Under the pieces are notes generated by a model. The model was not told where the DNA came from. It saw only the letters and a program-made list of their open reading frames with translations, and searched no databases. Source: Chiloscyllium plagiosum (taxonomy: Eukaryota). Taken from it: DNA of 64,000 bases. Location: contig NC_057718.1 of assembly GCF_004010195.1 (NCBI RefSeq), forward strand, positions 22,037,714 to 22,101,713. Reading direction: 5' to 3'. This document shows positions 25,206 through 37,600 of this stretch, piece after piece. Numbering within the stretch: the stretch's first letter is position 1; each line of letters starts with the position of its first letter. Position numbers and translations under genes: made by a program.

Positions 25206-25507
25206 ATTCTCCAGCATGATCAAAAGAAAACATAATTCCAACAAAATGCTTCTATTTATCACCGTTTATTTAAGGGTTAGGGGGAGGGTTTAGGATATTT
25301 TATAACAGGACTCATGGAAAATTAACGACACATCCAATATTGCTCACAATTTAAGCAGATGCACGTAGCTCGTCTGCACCTCTTCCTAAGTTTTTGTTTT
25401 CACACACACTCCCCCCAGATTAAATAATCGACGCTATCTCTCCGCCGTCGCTAGGGTTTGCGAAGTTTTTCAAGAGGAAAGCGAGTGAGAGAGACAAAAA
25501 TAATCAT

Positions 25508-25657
25508 TGACAAAAAAAAAGAAATTGCTGGAAAAACTCGGCAGGACTTGAGTTCTGAGGAAGGGTCACTTTCCTTTCTCTCTCTCTTCCCCCGCCCCCA
25601 CACAGACACAGATTGCGGGCCTGAGCTTTTCCAGCAATTTCTCTCTTTTTTTTGTCA
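25508..25657. mobile_element. Degraded fold-back element (family C) directly upstream of the RyR CpG-rich promoter
   Basis: Inverted arms TGACAAAAAAAAAGAAATTGCTGGAAAAACTC (25508-25539) and GAGCTTTTCCAGCAATTTCTCTCTTTTTTTTGTCA (25623-25657); internal CTGAGGAAGGGTCACT. Confidence 0.7.
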
Positions 25658-25659
25658 TC

Positions 25660-25924
25660 TGGGTCCGCCACAGCGCGGGCGCGAGCATCTTGACGGTGCG
25701 CGCCACCACAACCTCCCCCTCCCCCGACACCCTCACAGGCTCGCGCTCGCGGAATCCCCGAGCGGAGACGCGCGCGGGAGACAGACTGAGAGAGAGAGAG
25801 AGAGGGGAGAGCCAGGAGGATTTGCAGTTCTTCTGTAATAAGAACCCATCATCCAGAGGGTAGGCAACCAGCAGCGCCTGCCTTCTCTCTCTCCCCTCCA
25901 CCTCAAAACACCCTCCCTGCAGTC
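25660..25924 (+). promoter_or_regulatory. CpG-rich proximal promoter/5'UTR of the ryanodine receptor gene
   Basis: Dense CpG (GCGCGGGCGCG, GCTCGCGCTCGCGG, GACGCGCGCGGG) in otherwise CpG-depleted DNA, C-rich Sp/KLF-like tracts, (GA)n tract at ~25788-25804, no upstream ATG seen, strong Kozak context GTCATGG. Confidence 0.75.
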
Positions 25925-25972
25925 ATGGCTGAGGTGGGAGAAGGAGAAGACGAAATTCAGTTCTTAAGAACT
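25925..25972 (+). CDS. RYR2: Ryanodine receptor, first coding exon (MAEVGEGEDEIQFLRT); RYR2-like, RYR3 not excluded
   Basis: Matches the conserved RyR N-terminus (human RYR2 MADGGEGEDEIQFLRT). 48 coding nt followed by a phase-0 GTAAGT donor at 25973, the exon-1 boundary of RyR genes. Too short for the ORF track. Family call is strong; paralog call rests on the 16-codon length. Confidence 0.85.
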
Positions 25973-28349
25973 GTAAGTACCTCTTTCCCACAACCTCCAA
26001 ACCCCCCTCCCCCGTTATTATTTTCATTTATCTCCCTCACCTCGCGTGTCATTAGATAATTTGTTCTTCGTTCTTTCACTCTCCACCTCCCTCCCCCATG
26101 TGAAAAGGACGCGTGGATTTATTTCAGCCGCATTTGAATCAATGGGTATTAGTCCTGCACTGCACTTACTGGATGCGCTGACACCAACTGCATGCTGTGT
26201 TCGCGATGCTTTCATTTGGATGAAATTATACTCGCAGTAAAACGGGAAGCTTTCGCTGATTTTGTTTGTGTGTGTGTGATTGGAGAGAGGCGGAAATAAA
26301 GTGTTAAAGAACCTTTGCATTCCCAGGGCGGATTATGTGACAATCATTGATGGCGTTTACAATTTGATTGAAGCCAGTGACAGGAGTTAGCACAGTATTA
26401 ATGTTTTCCTCCCCTGTTCCCCCTCCCTCCCCGCTTCCTTAGTAGTATGGGGTGAGTAGAAGAGTTGGTGGGATACTGTTTTCCTAGCTGTCGGGGAATT
26501 GCGCCCTGTTATCAAGGCTGCGCTGTATCAGATGGACCAGAGGCAAGGTTTAGATTTGGTGCCCTGTGTTGCCCTAATGAGCATGTTTCATGCGTAAGAC
26601 ACGCATACAGTCACCGTGCGGCGGCTGCTGCTCATTGCTCAGTTCATAAGCAATGCAGTTGCCCCGTTTTGCTGTAAGGATTTGTCTTTGCAAACCAGTG
26701 AGAATGAGCCATCTTATCCAGTGCTCGGGTTCCTTTGATCACCTTGTTCTATACACGGGTCAATGCAGTTAATTTTCCACAGAAACATGTCGTTGTATTT
26801 TCAATGCACGTGTCCATGCAATTTAAAAATGCGGAAATTTCGCTCAAGAACCAGTGATCTAATTGATTTATCGCCAGAGTGTGCGCAATTTATCGAGGTG
26901 TGAAGCTTGACATGAAACTGAGAACCAAACATCGAGTTGTGAAGTGTTTGTATTTCCTATCAGGGATGTGACATGTCCTGCATGCTCATCTTAATCGGGT
27001 CATTCGTGTCTCCGTGTCACCTTAAGTAATTTATAAAGAGCGCTTACAAAGTTTATGAAGCTTTGTTGGAATACTGAATGTATAGAAGTATTTAATCGTG
27101 CACAATCCGAATGCCGAGTGATGTTGCATTGGACGAGAAGTTTAGTCATGTCCTGTACCTATACAGCAGTGCCAACGCTGCAATGCTTGACAGCAGTGGG
27201 GTTACACAAACACCAGGCAAGCCCGTGTTGTGTTAGCTAATGAAGATTTTGGTCGTATTTATCCTTGGGTTTCCTGTGCAACAAAATGTTGAAATTGGAT
27301 GAAATTACCTTGAATGAAAGTGTAATGTGAATCAAACCTTGTTTTCTCATTATGTCTCATGCATGTTTGTAATATTTAGTGAGAGTTGCGCAGGTTAAAG
27401 GAAAGCTGACTGCAATAGAAATATATTGTTTTATTTGTAAGAACATTTCTGTTTACCATATTTTAACAGGGAGGCTAGAATCTGATATTAATCAGTGCAC
27501 ATCAGCTATCATGTTGTATTTAAAATTACTATTAGTTTCTACAGACCTATAAAACATGCAAATACATTCACCATATACTGAACACTTAAAATACAGAACC
27601 AACTCAAAGTCAGGTATCAATATCTATAATATATCAGAAACAAGGTTTAGGTTTGGTTTCAGTATGCTAATTCTCTATATTAATCAAGTGTATTAAGTTT
27701 TCAGAAACATGTATCTGTAAAAGCTGTGTACTGTATAGCTAAATCTGGATACCTTGATCTCAGTATGTCAAAGCTTTAAGTCTCAGTTATTGCTCTCATG
27801 TTTCAATAATGAAATGCACGCAATGAACATTAACAAATTAAGACATATTCCAAGCTACCAAAAAAAGATGCTTAATTTCTGTAGATGGCTTATAATGGAA
27901 GTGATGAATTGTTATTCATTTTTACCCAAAGGAATATCAGTCTGCAAGATGAACAATAGTCATTCTCTAAATTTTCAATTCTTACAATGACCTTGGAACC
28001 ACATAGATGATTCATCTGCTTTTGCAGATGACAGCCTGGTGTGTGTAGATCCTATTTGTTGAGCAGCATTTCCCACAATGTTCATCAAAGAATGTGCACT
28101 GAGCCCAATGCTGTCTTGTTTTGAGAGCTCCACCATTACGGCATATTCTGCTTAATGTATGTTGCACTGTATTTTGGATTGTAGGGCAGGATGCTGTCCA
28201 TAGATCATGAAAGAAAATTCCCTGCACAATTTGAGGCATTTCCTTTTGGTAAACTGGAGAAGGAACCAAGAATCAAAGACATTGTGCGATTATAAAAATT
28301 AAATTATTGTGCAGCCTTGGGTGATTCTGAGCAACACAAATATAAGTGC

Positions 28350-28530
28350 TTGTATAGAATGAGCTGCCAGAGGAAGTGGTGGAGGCTGGTATAATTAAGG
28401 CATCTGGATCGATATATGAATAGGAAGGGTTTAGAGGGATTTGGGCCAAGTGCTGGGAAATGGGACTATGTTAGGTTAGGATATGAGTATGAGTTGAATC
28501 GAAGGATATGTCTCTATGACTCTGTGATTC
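28350..28530 (+). mobile_element. CR1 3' end fragment
   Basis: GAATGAGCTGCCAGAGGAAGTGGTGGAGGCTGGT...CTCTATGACTCTGTGATTCTA tail. Confidence 0.8.
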
Positions 28531-28577
28531 TACTGACCATACTCTAATTATTCACTGTTGCAATGCTTCTTTTGTTA

Positions 28578-29610
28578 GATTCATAGGTATAGTCTTTTAC
28601 AGCAGTGAGGGAGGCCATTTCATCCATCATTTCTGTGCCAGTCAAGATCTGTTTATATTAATCCTATTTTCCAGCTCTTGCTCTATTGCCTTGGAGGCTA
28701 TTGCAATACAGGTGAATATTTAATGACTGCTTAAGGTGTTTGTGAATTTTGGAATCAACCACTCTTTCAGGCAGTGAGTTCTAGATTCCCACCATCCTAT
28801 GGAGAAACCTTATGGCAAGACTGTGGTGACTTGGGCAGCATGGTGGCTCGGTGGTTACCACTGCTCCCTGACAGCGCCAGAGACCTGGGTTTGATTCCAG
28901 CCTTGGGTTACTGTCTGTCAGAGTTTTCCCGTTTCATACTGGGTTTCCTCTGGGCACTCTGATTTCCATCCACAGTCCAAAGACATATAGGTTAGGTGCA
29001 TTGGCCATGCTAAATGTCCATAGTGTCCGGGAATATGCAGGCCAGGTGAATTAGTTATGGTTCATGCAAGGTTATGGTGATTTGGTTGGAGGCTATTTGG
29101 AAGGTTGGTGCAGACTCACTGAGCCAAATGGCTTCTATCTGCAGTGTAGGGATTCTATGATTCTGAGTGAAAAGAAATTCTCCTCAACCTTCCTCTTAGC
29201 AGTCTACATCTTATGTTAAATGCTGCTTATTGGTCCTTTTACTAATGGAAGAAGTGCCTTTCTAATCACCCATCTATCTTCTTCAATTTTATCTGCCTTT
29301 CTGAGGTTCCCTCTAAATTTTTCCTACTCCAAGAAAAACAACCCCAACCTATTCGATCTTTCCTCTTTGCTCAGATTCCTCAGCTCAGATAGCGTCCTGA
29401 TAAATCTGTTCTGAACCTTCTCTAGTACAGTCGCATTCTTCCTAAAATGTAAGCAGAACCACACATGGTACACCAGTTGTGGTTTAACCAGCAATTTATG
29501 CAGTTCCAACAAAATCTGCCTGCTCTTATGTTCCAAGGTTCGGCTAATAAGTACTCCATATGCCTCGTTAATCACCCTATCTACCTACCTTACAACCTTC
29601 AGGGATCATG
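28578..29610 (-). mobile_element. Old CR1 3' fragment interrupted by a V-SINE
   Basis: ORF 29324-29575 (LVKPQLVY...LEKVQNRFIR...EERSNRLGLFFLE). Confidence 0.75.
28833..29165 (+). mobile_element. Diverged V-SINE
   Basis: GGGCAGCATGGTGGCTCGGTGGTT head, GGGTTTGATTCC B box, GTAGGGATTCTATGATTCT tail. Confidence 0.85.
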
Positions 29611-30218
29611 ATGTGCTGAAATGATTTATTTTAACCTTAGAATGAAATCTGTTCTCTCTTTCTTAAATTTAAAAATGGAAAGCTGGAGATCTAACCAGAT
29701 TTGTCTCTCAATTTCTGCCAATTTTCAGGTGGTTTTGAGTGTTCAGGGTGGGAATTGTATTGTAGATCAGCTGTGTCAATTGTCTCATGTTTAAAGATGC
29801 CTGGGGATTTTCTGCTTCCAACACATCAACATTCCAGTTCTATCATTAGCAATGTTAATGTGGTTAAAGAAGTGGGTTGGGCAGAGGGGAAGAGTTCAAA
29901 ATAAGTGGGCAATCTTGCCTAACACAATCAATCACTGTATGATTGATTGCACTGAATGTTGAGACTTGCTTAAAATAAACTCTGGACTTTTTTTGTTACT
30001 GGTTGGTACTTGAAGTTGTCCTGTGAAGTAACAAGAGCTGCAGAGATTGTTATAAATCTGCTCTAGGTCATCACCTAGATTTCCCAAGAGGAAACAATGA
30101 CAGCACTGTGAGGCCACCAAAACTGTCATGATTTGGAGATGTCGGTGTTGGACTGGGGTGTACAAGGTTAAAAATCACACAACACCAGGTTATAGTCCAA
30201 CAGGTTTAATTGGAAGCA

Positions 30219-30253
30219 CACTAGCTTTCGGAGCGACGCTCCTTCATCAGGTG
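30219..30253 (-). ncRNA. Minimal type-I hammerhead ribozyme motif (minus-strand arm)
   Basis: Reverse complement reads CAC-CUGAUGA-A-GGAGC-GUC-GCUCC-GAA-AGCU-A-GUG. Confidence 0.7.
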
Positions 30254-30349
30254 ATTGTGGAGGGCTCGATCGTAACACAGAATTTATAAGTTACATCACA
30301 CTGCAAATTTTTGCTATAAATTCTGTGTTACGATCGAGCTCTCCACAAT

Positions 30350-30384
30350 CACCTGATGAAGGAGCGTCGCTCCGAAAGCTAGTG
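30350..30384 (+). ncRNA. Minimal type-I hammerhead ribozyme motif (plus-strand arm)
   Basis: CAC (stem I), CUGAUGA (30353-30359), extra A, GGAGC/GCUCC stem II, GAA, palindromic AGCU (stem III), predicted cleavage after A30381, GUG (stem I'). Confidence 0.7.
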
Positions 30385-32439
30385 TGCTTCCAATTAAACC
30401 TGTTGGACTATAACCTGGTGTTGTGTGAGTTTTAACTTTGTACACCATAACTGTGTATGCTAGTCTAACCCTAATAGGCTCATAACATTCTCCAATACTT
30501 TATGTAGAAAAACCCTCATCATAGAAGAAGACCCAAGACAAAGACTGCTGAAAGGGACAACACCTTTTTATTCCAAAATTAGCAAAGTAACCATACTTTG
30601 ATGGCTCTGGTAAATGGTACATATAGTTTGACAGGTGAAGAAATAATTTCTTGGTGGTGGTTCAGCAATTTTGGATTAATGGCATGTTTTATCATTGTAA
30701 TTGCTGCTCCATTGTAACCTGTAACTTAGTATTATTATCATTGGCATAAGGTAAAATGTTATAGTTGTATTCAAGGAAAAACAGCTGGATGTGTTAGCTT
30801 CAAGAAATATGCTTGAATTCCAAAAACACCACCCTGTTAATTACTCTCTAGCCTTATATTCAATCAGCTTTCCTTCATGTATGTTTGTAGTAGAAACACC
30901 AGATAAGTATATGCATATGTATTATCTAATTGTCTGTTTTCAAGAATCTGCTAAAAGAAGAAAAAATAACTCAACATTATTTTTGTTTTAATTGGTTGAC
31001 CCAATTTATAAACATTTTAAGTTTAATTATTGTATTCTTCCAATCTCATCTTATTTTTGTTTCTGGATATCATTTTGTCCATCAAAAAAACCCTCACTGA
31101 TAGATCTATCCCTTATGCACTTCAACCATATATTATTCAGTCACTGACTTGCCAGTTAGCTGAGAATATTGAATCTGTAAAGTAGAAGTACAGATTGATG
31201 CAGGTGGTGTTATGCCTTAAACAAAATTGTTATAATAGCTTCTCTATAACTTAGAAGAAGATGGAAAAATTTACAAGATATTATGTTGTTGTTTATAAGT
31301 CAGTGCCAATGGAGGTCATTTTTTAAGGTTGAAGAAAACTGTAGAGCAGTGGGAGGAAAGAAAGGTAACCAGAGGAGTGAGTGAATGAGAGGAAGATCTA
31401 AAGAAGGACAGACAAAGGTATAATGAGAACAACAAAAAAAAGTACTTGAACATTAAGTGAATAATAGATTACCACTGTCACATTACCAGTGAGCGAGAGA
31501 CATTTGGCATATTGCTAATAATGCTGCAGAGTTCTATATATGATGAAGATGGGACTAGATTAGGTTGGGAATTTGTTTGGGATGGTCTGTTTGGACCAAA
31601 GGGTTTGTTTCTGTGCTGTATGACTCTATGACTCTACGTTAAATGTTTAAATGGCAGTGTTGCATTAAGTCCTGGTTGCATGATGTTAAAATAAATGAAG
31701 AATCTGTTCATTAAAAAAAAGATGAAAACATAAATAAAGAACAGAATACTATGTGGCAAATTGGACACATTTGTAGCATACTTGTGTGATAAATTATATT
31801 GCAGTTATTAGCAGTTATATGTACTTTTTTTAGTTTTCAATGTTTCAAATGTGTTAGAAGACTAGTGGCATAGAACCTTTCTGTTGCATACTGCCATATG
31901 TCCCAGTGTACCACTGAAAACATGAATATTCAAAGAAAACAGCCTGCATCATATCGTAATTTACTTTTTACATTAAATTGTTGCTTTAAAACCATCAATG
32001 TTCAATTTTACTGCTTAACATGCAAGTTGCATAATATTGTTCGTGACCTATTTTCTTTCTATACCATCCATTGCAAGCATCTGATGATTGCTTTTTTAAC
32101 ACCTCTCTTCTGCATAAAATATTCTTGTGATAAGAACTGTCTATGTGTTGCAAATGCAGTGATAAGAGTGATTTAACAGTAATCTGGTTACGTAGCATTG
32201 CATTCCTAAAATGTACTTAAAGGACAGCTTGTGCTGATAAAGGACGTAAATATCCTGAAAATAGACTTGCCACCCAATTTTCTATCAGAATTGTTTTTAC
32301 AGATTGCACTTTGAGGCAAACAAGTAGTGACATTGATAGTGGATGTACTTAATAACATGTTTCCTGCTCTTCTAAGAATGAGAATGTTGAAGAGGTGAGA
32401 TTAAACTTTTAAATGTTTCATACAAAACATTTTGAGTCT

Positions 32440-32830
32440 TGAAGGAACTTGCATTTCCGTAGTGTCATTTTTGACAGCCCAAAGTGCTTTACATTCAATG
32501 AAATATTTTTGTAGTGTAGTCACTGTTCGAATGTGGGAAATGCGGCAGCCAGTTTACACACAGCATACGTGATTACAAGCAGGTTATCTGTTTATGTAGT
32601 AATGGCCACAATAGCAGAAGGACTTTGTTATATTTCTTCAAAGGTATCTGTGATGTATTACATTCTCCAGATAGGTTTTATTTTCATATCTCGCCTAAAG
32701 AATGGCATCCTCAGCAATGCAACACTGTGTCAGTATTGCACTGAAATGTCAGCCTATGCTGCATAGATGAGTATCTGGTGTTACACTTCTGCCTAGAGAC
32801 ATGAATGCAACCAGTGGAGGCACAAACCAA
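32440..32830 (-). mobile_element. Ancient DeuSINE-like SINE
   Basis: Reverse complement of the 24850-25205 type: ACTTGCATTT...CCCAAAGTGCTTTACA...AATGAA...GTAGTCACTGTT...GGAAATGCGGCAGCCA...GGCATCCTCAGCAATGCAACAC. Confidence 0.6.
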
Positions 32831-33044
32831 AAAACTGAAATTTCTTCAAAGATACACTCCAATGTTAGCCTACATTTTACAACTGATGTTGAATCCTATT
32901 TCCTGGTAATTAAATTGCTGTAACAATGTGAACAATGCAAACTGCTGAATTCTATCTTAATGTGTTAACTTCCTCAATGTCCTTCCTATAGTATGAAACC
33001 CAGAAACAGAACTCTGACTGTAGTCTCACTAACGTTTTATGTAT

Positions 33045-34508
33045 AGTTAGACCATAAGATATGGGAGTAGAATTAAGCCATTTGGCCCATTGGATATGCT
33101 CTACCATTCGATCATAGACGGTATCTTTCTCAACTCCATTGTTCATCCTTCTCCCCATAGCCCTTGATCCCCATCTCAATCAAGAGCCTGACTTAATCTC
33201 TGTATTAAATGCCCTCAAAGATATGGTCTCCACAGAAATGAATTCCTCAGATTAATCACCCTCTGGCTGAAGGAATTCCTCCACATCTCAGTTGTAAAGG
33301 TCTGCCCCTTCACTCTGAGGTTGTGACCCCAGGGTCCTAGTCCTTCCAGTGGAAATATCTTCTCTACGTCCACTCCAATGCCAGCACTTCCATCTTTAGA
33401 TACGGGGCCCAAAACTGCTCACAATATTCTGAATGCAGTCTGATCAGAACCTTATACACCCACAGCAGTACATTTCTGCTCTTGTATTCTAGCTCTCTTA
33501 AATGAATGCTGACATTGCATTTGCATCCTAACTTCCAACTGAACCTCCATGTTACCCGGAAGAAAATCCTGAACTGGGACTCACAAATCCCTTTGTGCTT
33601 CAGATTTCTGAAGTCTTTCCCCATTTAGAAAATTGTGTACACCTCTATTCTTCCTACCAAGGTGCATAATCTCACAATTTACCACGTTGTATTGCACCTG
33701 CCACTTCTCTGGTCACTGTCCTAGCTTGTTTAAGTCCTTTTGCAGCCTCTCCACTTCCTCAACATCACCTGTCCCTTCACCTATCTTTGTGTCATCTGCA
33801 AACTTAACAACATTGCCCTCAGTTCCTTCATCCAGATTGTTAATCTATAACATGAATACTTGTGGTTCCCAATATGGATCACTGCGGAACTCCACTAGTC
33901 ACCAGCTTGCTATCCTGATAAAGGTCCATTTATGCCCTCTCTCTGCCTTCTGCTAGTCAGCCAAACCTCTATTCATGCCAGTAGCTTGCCCCAAACATCA
34001 CAGGTGCTTATCTTATTTAGCAGCCTCCTGTGTGGCACTTTGTCAAAGGCCTTCTGGAAATCCAAATAGAACACATCCACTAATTCTCCTTTGCCTGATT
34101 TGCTTGTTACTTCCTCAAAGAACTTTTGAGGCTTGATTTTGCAGACTTGATCTCCCATTGCAGAAGCCATGCTGACTCACCCCTTTCAAGTTCTCTGCAA
34201 TTTCATCATTAATAATGGCCTCTAAAATTTTATCAATGGCCATGGTCAGGCAAACCAGCCTATAGTTTCCTGTCTTCTGCCTCCCTCACTTCTTAAACAT
34301 TGATGTTACATTAGCCATTTTCCTCTGAGACCCTCCCTGATTCCAGTGATTCCTGAAAAACCATCAGCGAAACCTCCACAATCTCCTGAGCTATCTCCTT
34401 CAAAACCTTGGTGTCTAGTCTATCTGATCTGGATGATTTATCCACCTTCAAATATTTCAACTTCCTCAGCACCTTCTCTTTGGTGATGGGCACTACACTC
34501 GTCTCTGT
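33045..34508 (-). mobile_element. CR1 subfamily 2, 3' part (outer layer of a nest)
   Basis: TTAGACCATAAGAT tail; ORFs FYLDFQKAFDKVPHRRLL and LKVDKSSRSDRLDTKVLKEIA. Confidence 0.85.
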
Positions 34509-34691
34509 CATAGAGCATAGGGTCAGACAGCACGGATACTTACCTTTTGGTCCAACCAATCCATGCCAAACAAAGTCCCAAATAAACTAGTTCCACCTGT
34601 CCGCTCCTGACCTAAATCCCTCCAAACCTTTCATCTTCATGTGCTTATCCAACTGTCTTTAAAAACTTGTGTTCACAGCCACTACTTACAA
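34509..34691 (-). mobile_element. CR1 subfamily 3, 3' end (middle layer; resumes at 38686-39170)
   Basis: CATAGAGCATAG tail and CR1-type 3'UTR, cut at ~34691 and continued at CTCCTTTGGACGTTCATTCCAC. Confidence 0.7.
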
Positions 34692-37600
34692 TCATAGAGT
34701 CACAGAGATGTAAAGCACGAGAACAGACCCTTTGGTCCAACTTGTCCATAACAACCAGATATCATAAATAAATCTAGTCCCATTTGCCAGGATCCTATTT
34801 GACTGTTATCCCTCTAAACCCTTTCTATTCATATACCTGTCCAGATACCTTTTAAATGTTGCAATTGTACCAGCCTCCACCACTTTGTCTGGCAGCTCAT
34901 TCGTACATGTCGCGTCTGTATGAAAACATTGCCCCTTTGGTCCCTTTTAAATCTTCTCCCTCTCACCTCAGTCCTATGCCCTCTAATTTTGGAATTCCCC
35001 ACCCCAGGGAAAAGAGCTTGTCTATTTACCCTATCCATGCCCCTCATGATTTTATAACCCTGTACTGTATAAGGTTACCACTCGGCCTCTGATGCTCCAA
35101 GGAAAACAGCCACAGCTTATTCAGCCTCTCCAACCCTGGCAAAATTATTGTAAATCTTTTCGGGACCCTTTCAAGTTTCACAACATCCTATAGAAAGGAG
35201 ACTAGTATTGCACGCAGTATTCCAAAAGTGACCTAACCAATGTCCTGTACGGTTGCAACATGACCTTCCAACTCCTATACTCAATGCACTGACCAATAAA
35301 GGCAAGCATACAAAATGCCTTAACCACTATTCTATCCACCTGCAATTTCACTTTCAAGGAACTATAAACCTACACTCCAAGGACACTTTGCTTAGCCACA
35401 CTCCCCAAGTCCTTACGATTAAGTGTATAAGTCCTGACCTGATTTGCCTTTCTAAAATGCAGCACCTCACACTTATCTAACTTAAACTCCATCTGCCACT
35501 CCTCGGCCCATTGCCCCATCTGATCAAGACCCCATTGTACACTGAGGTAACCTTCTTCGCTGTCCATTACACCTTCAATTTTGGTATCAACTGCTAACTA
35601 TACCTCTTATACTCAAATCCAAATCATTTATATTAATGACAAAAAACAGTGGATCTAGCACCAATCCTTGTGACACACCGCTGGCCACAAGATTCCAGTG
35701 TGAAAGCCACCCTCTACCATCACCCTCTGTCCCCTACCTCCAAACCAGCTCAGAATCCAAATAGCTATTTCTCCCTGTATTCCATCTGATCTAACCTTGC
35801 TAACCAACCTACCATGAGGAACCTTGTTGAGCACTTTACTGAAGTCCATATAGATCACATCCACTGCTCTGCCCTCATCAATCGTCTTCTTTACTTCTTC
35901 AAAAAACTCAAGTTAGTACGACAGGATTTCCCATACACAAAACCATGTTGACTGTCCCTAATCAGCCCTTGCTTTTCCAAATATGTGTAAATCCTGTCCC
36001 TCAGGATTACTCCAACAACTTCCCCACCACTGATGTTAGGTTCACTGGTCTTTTCCTTACCACCTTTCTTAAATAGTGGCACCACATTAGCCAACCGACA
36101 CCTCACCTGTAGCTATTGATGATATGAATATCTCAGCAAAGGGCCCAGCAATCACTTTCCCTTCTTCCCATAAAGTTCTAGGGTACACCTGATACACGCA
36201 GGGATTTATCCATCTTTATGAGTTTTAAGCTGTGCAGCACCTCCTTCTCTGTAATATGGAAATTTTTCAAGATTTTTTTTATGTTCCCACGTTCTTTATC
36301 TTCCATATCCTTTTCCACAGTAAACACTGATGCAAAGTTTGTTTAGTATGTCCCCTTTCTCCTGCAGTTCCACACATAGGCGGCCTTGCTGATCTTTAAG
36401 GGAATATATTCTCTCTCTAGTTATCCTTTTGTCTTTAATGTATTTGTAGAATCCTTTTGGATTCTCTTTAACCTTATTTGCCAAAGCTATTTCATGTCCC
36501 CTTTTTGCCTCCTGATCACCCTCTTTAAGTATAATCCTACAGCTTTTCTACCCTTCTAATGATTCACTCGATTTTTGTTGTCTATACTTGGCATATGCTT
36601 CCTTCTTTTGCTTGACCAAAACCTCAATTTCTCCAGTCATCCAGCGTTCCCTACACCGACTAGCCCTGCCCTTCATCCTAACAGGAATATACTGTCTCTG
36701 GACTCTTGTTATCTAATTTTGAAGGCTTCCCATTTTCCAGCCGTCCTTTTACCTGTAAACATCTGCCCCCAAATAACTTTTGAAAGTTCTTGCCTAATGC
36801 CATCAAATTGGCCTTTCTCCAATTTAGAGGTTTAATTTTTAGATCCGGCCTATCTTTTTCCATCACTATTTTAAAACTAATAGAATTATTGACACTGATC
36901 CCAAAGTGCTCCCCCACCGAGACACCTCCATCACCTACCCAAGAGCAGGTCAAGTTTTGTACCTTTTCTAGTAGGCATATTGAATCGGAAGATTTTTTTG
37001 TACACACTTAACAAACTCATCTCCATCCAAGCCCTTAACACAATGGCAATCGCAGTCCATGTTTGGAAAGTTAAAATCCCCTACCATAACCACCCTATTA
37101 TTCTTACAGGTAACTGAAATCTCCTTACAAATTTGTTTCTTAATTTCTCGCTTACTATTGGTGTGTGTGTGTGTATAGTGCAATCCCAGTAAGGTGGTCA
37201 TCCCTTTCTTATTTCTCAATTCCACCCCGGATAACTTCCCTGGGTGTATTCTCAAGAATACCTCCCTAAGTACAGCTCTAATGTTATCCCTAATCAAAAA
37301 TGCCACTCCCCTCCTCTCTTGCCCCACTTTCTATCCTTCCTACAGCATCCATACCCTGCAACATTAACCTGCCAGTCCTATCCATCCCTGAGCCACATCT
37401 CTGTAATTGCTATGCAGTCCCGTGTTCCCAACTATGCCCTGCGTTCATCTGCTTTACCTGTTAGGCCTCTTGCATTGAAATAAATGCAGTTTAATTTATC
37501 GGTGCCCCCTCGTTTCCTGCTTTGTTCCTGCCTACCCTGACTGTTTGACTTGCTCCTTTTTGCAACTGTACCAGTTTCAGACTGATCTCTTTCCTCACTA

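Larger units (their letters stand above)
30127..30446. mobile_element. Penelope-terminus-derived fold-back element (family A) with 132-bp inverted arms
   Basis: Arms 30157-30288 and 30315-30446 (3 mismatches by eye), 26-nt spacer, unpaired extension 30127-30156. Imperfect 12-bp flanking repeat CACCAAAACTGT (30115-30126) / CACCATAACTGT (30443-30454). Confidence 0.9.

Noticed and set aside
25458..25901. ORFs overlapping the promoter (126 aa +, 111 aa -)
   Set aside because: Low-complexity translations of GC/GA-rich promoter and repeat sequence with no recognisable domain.
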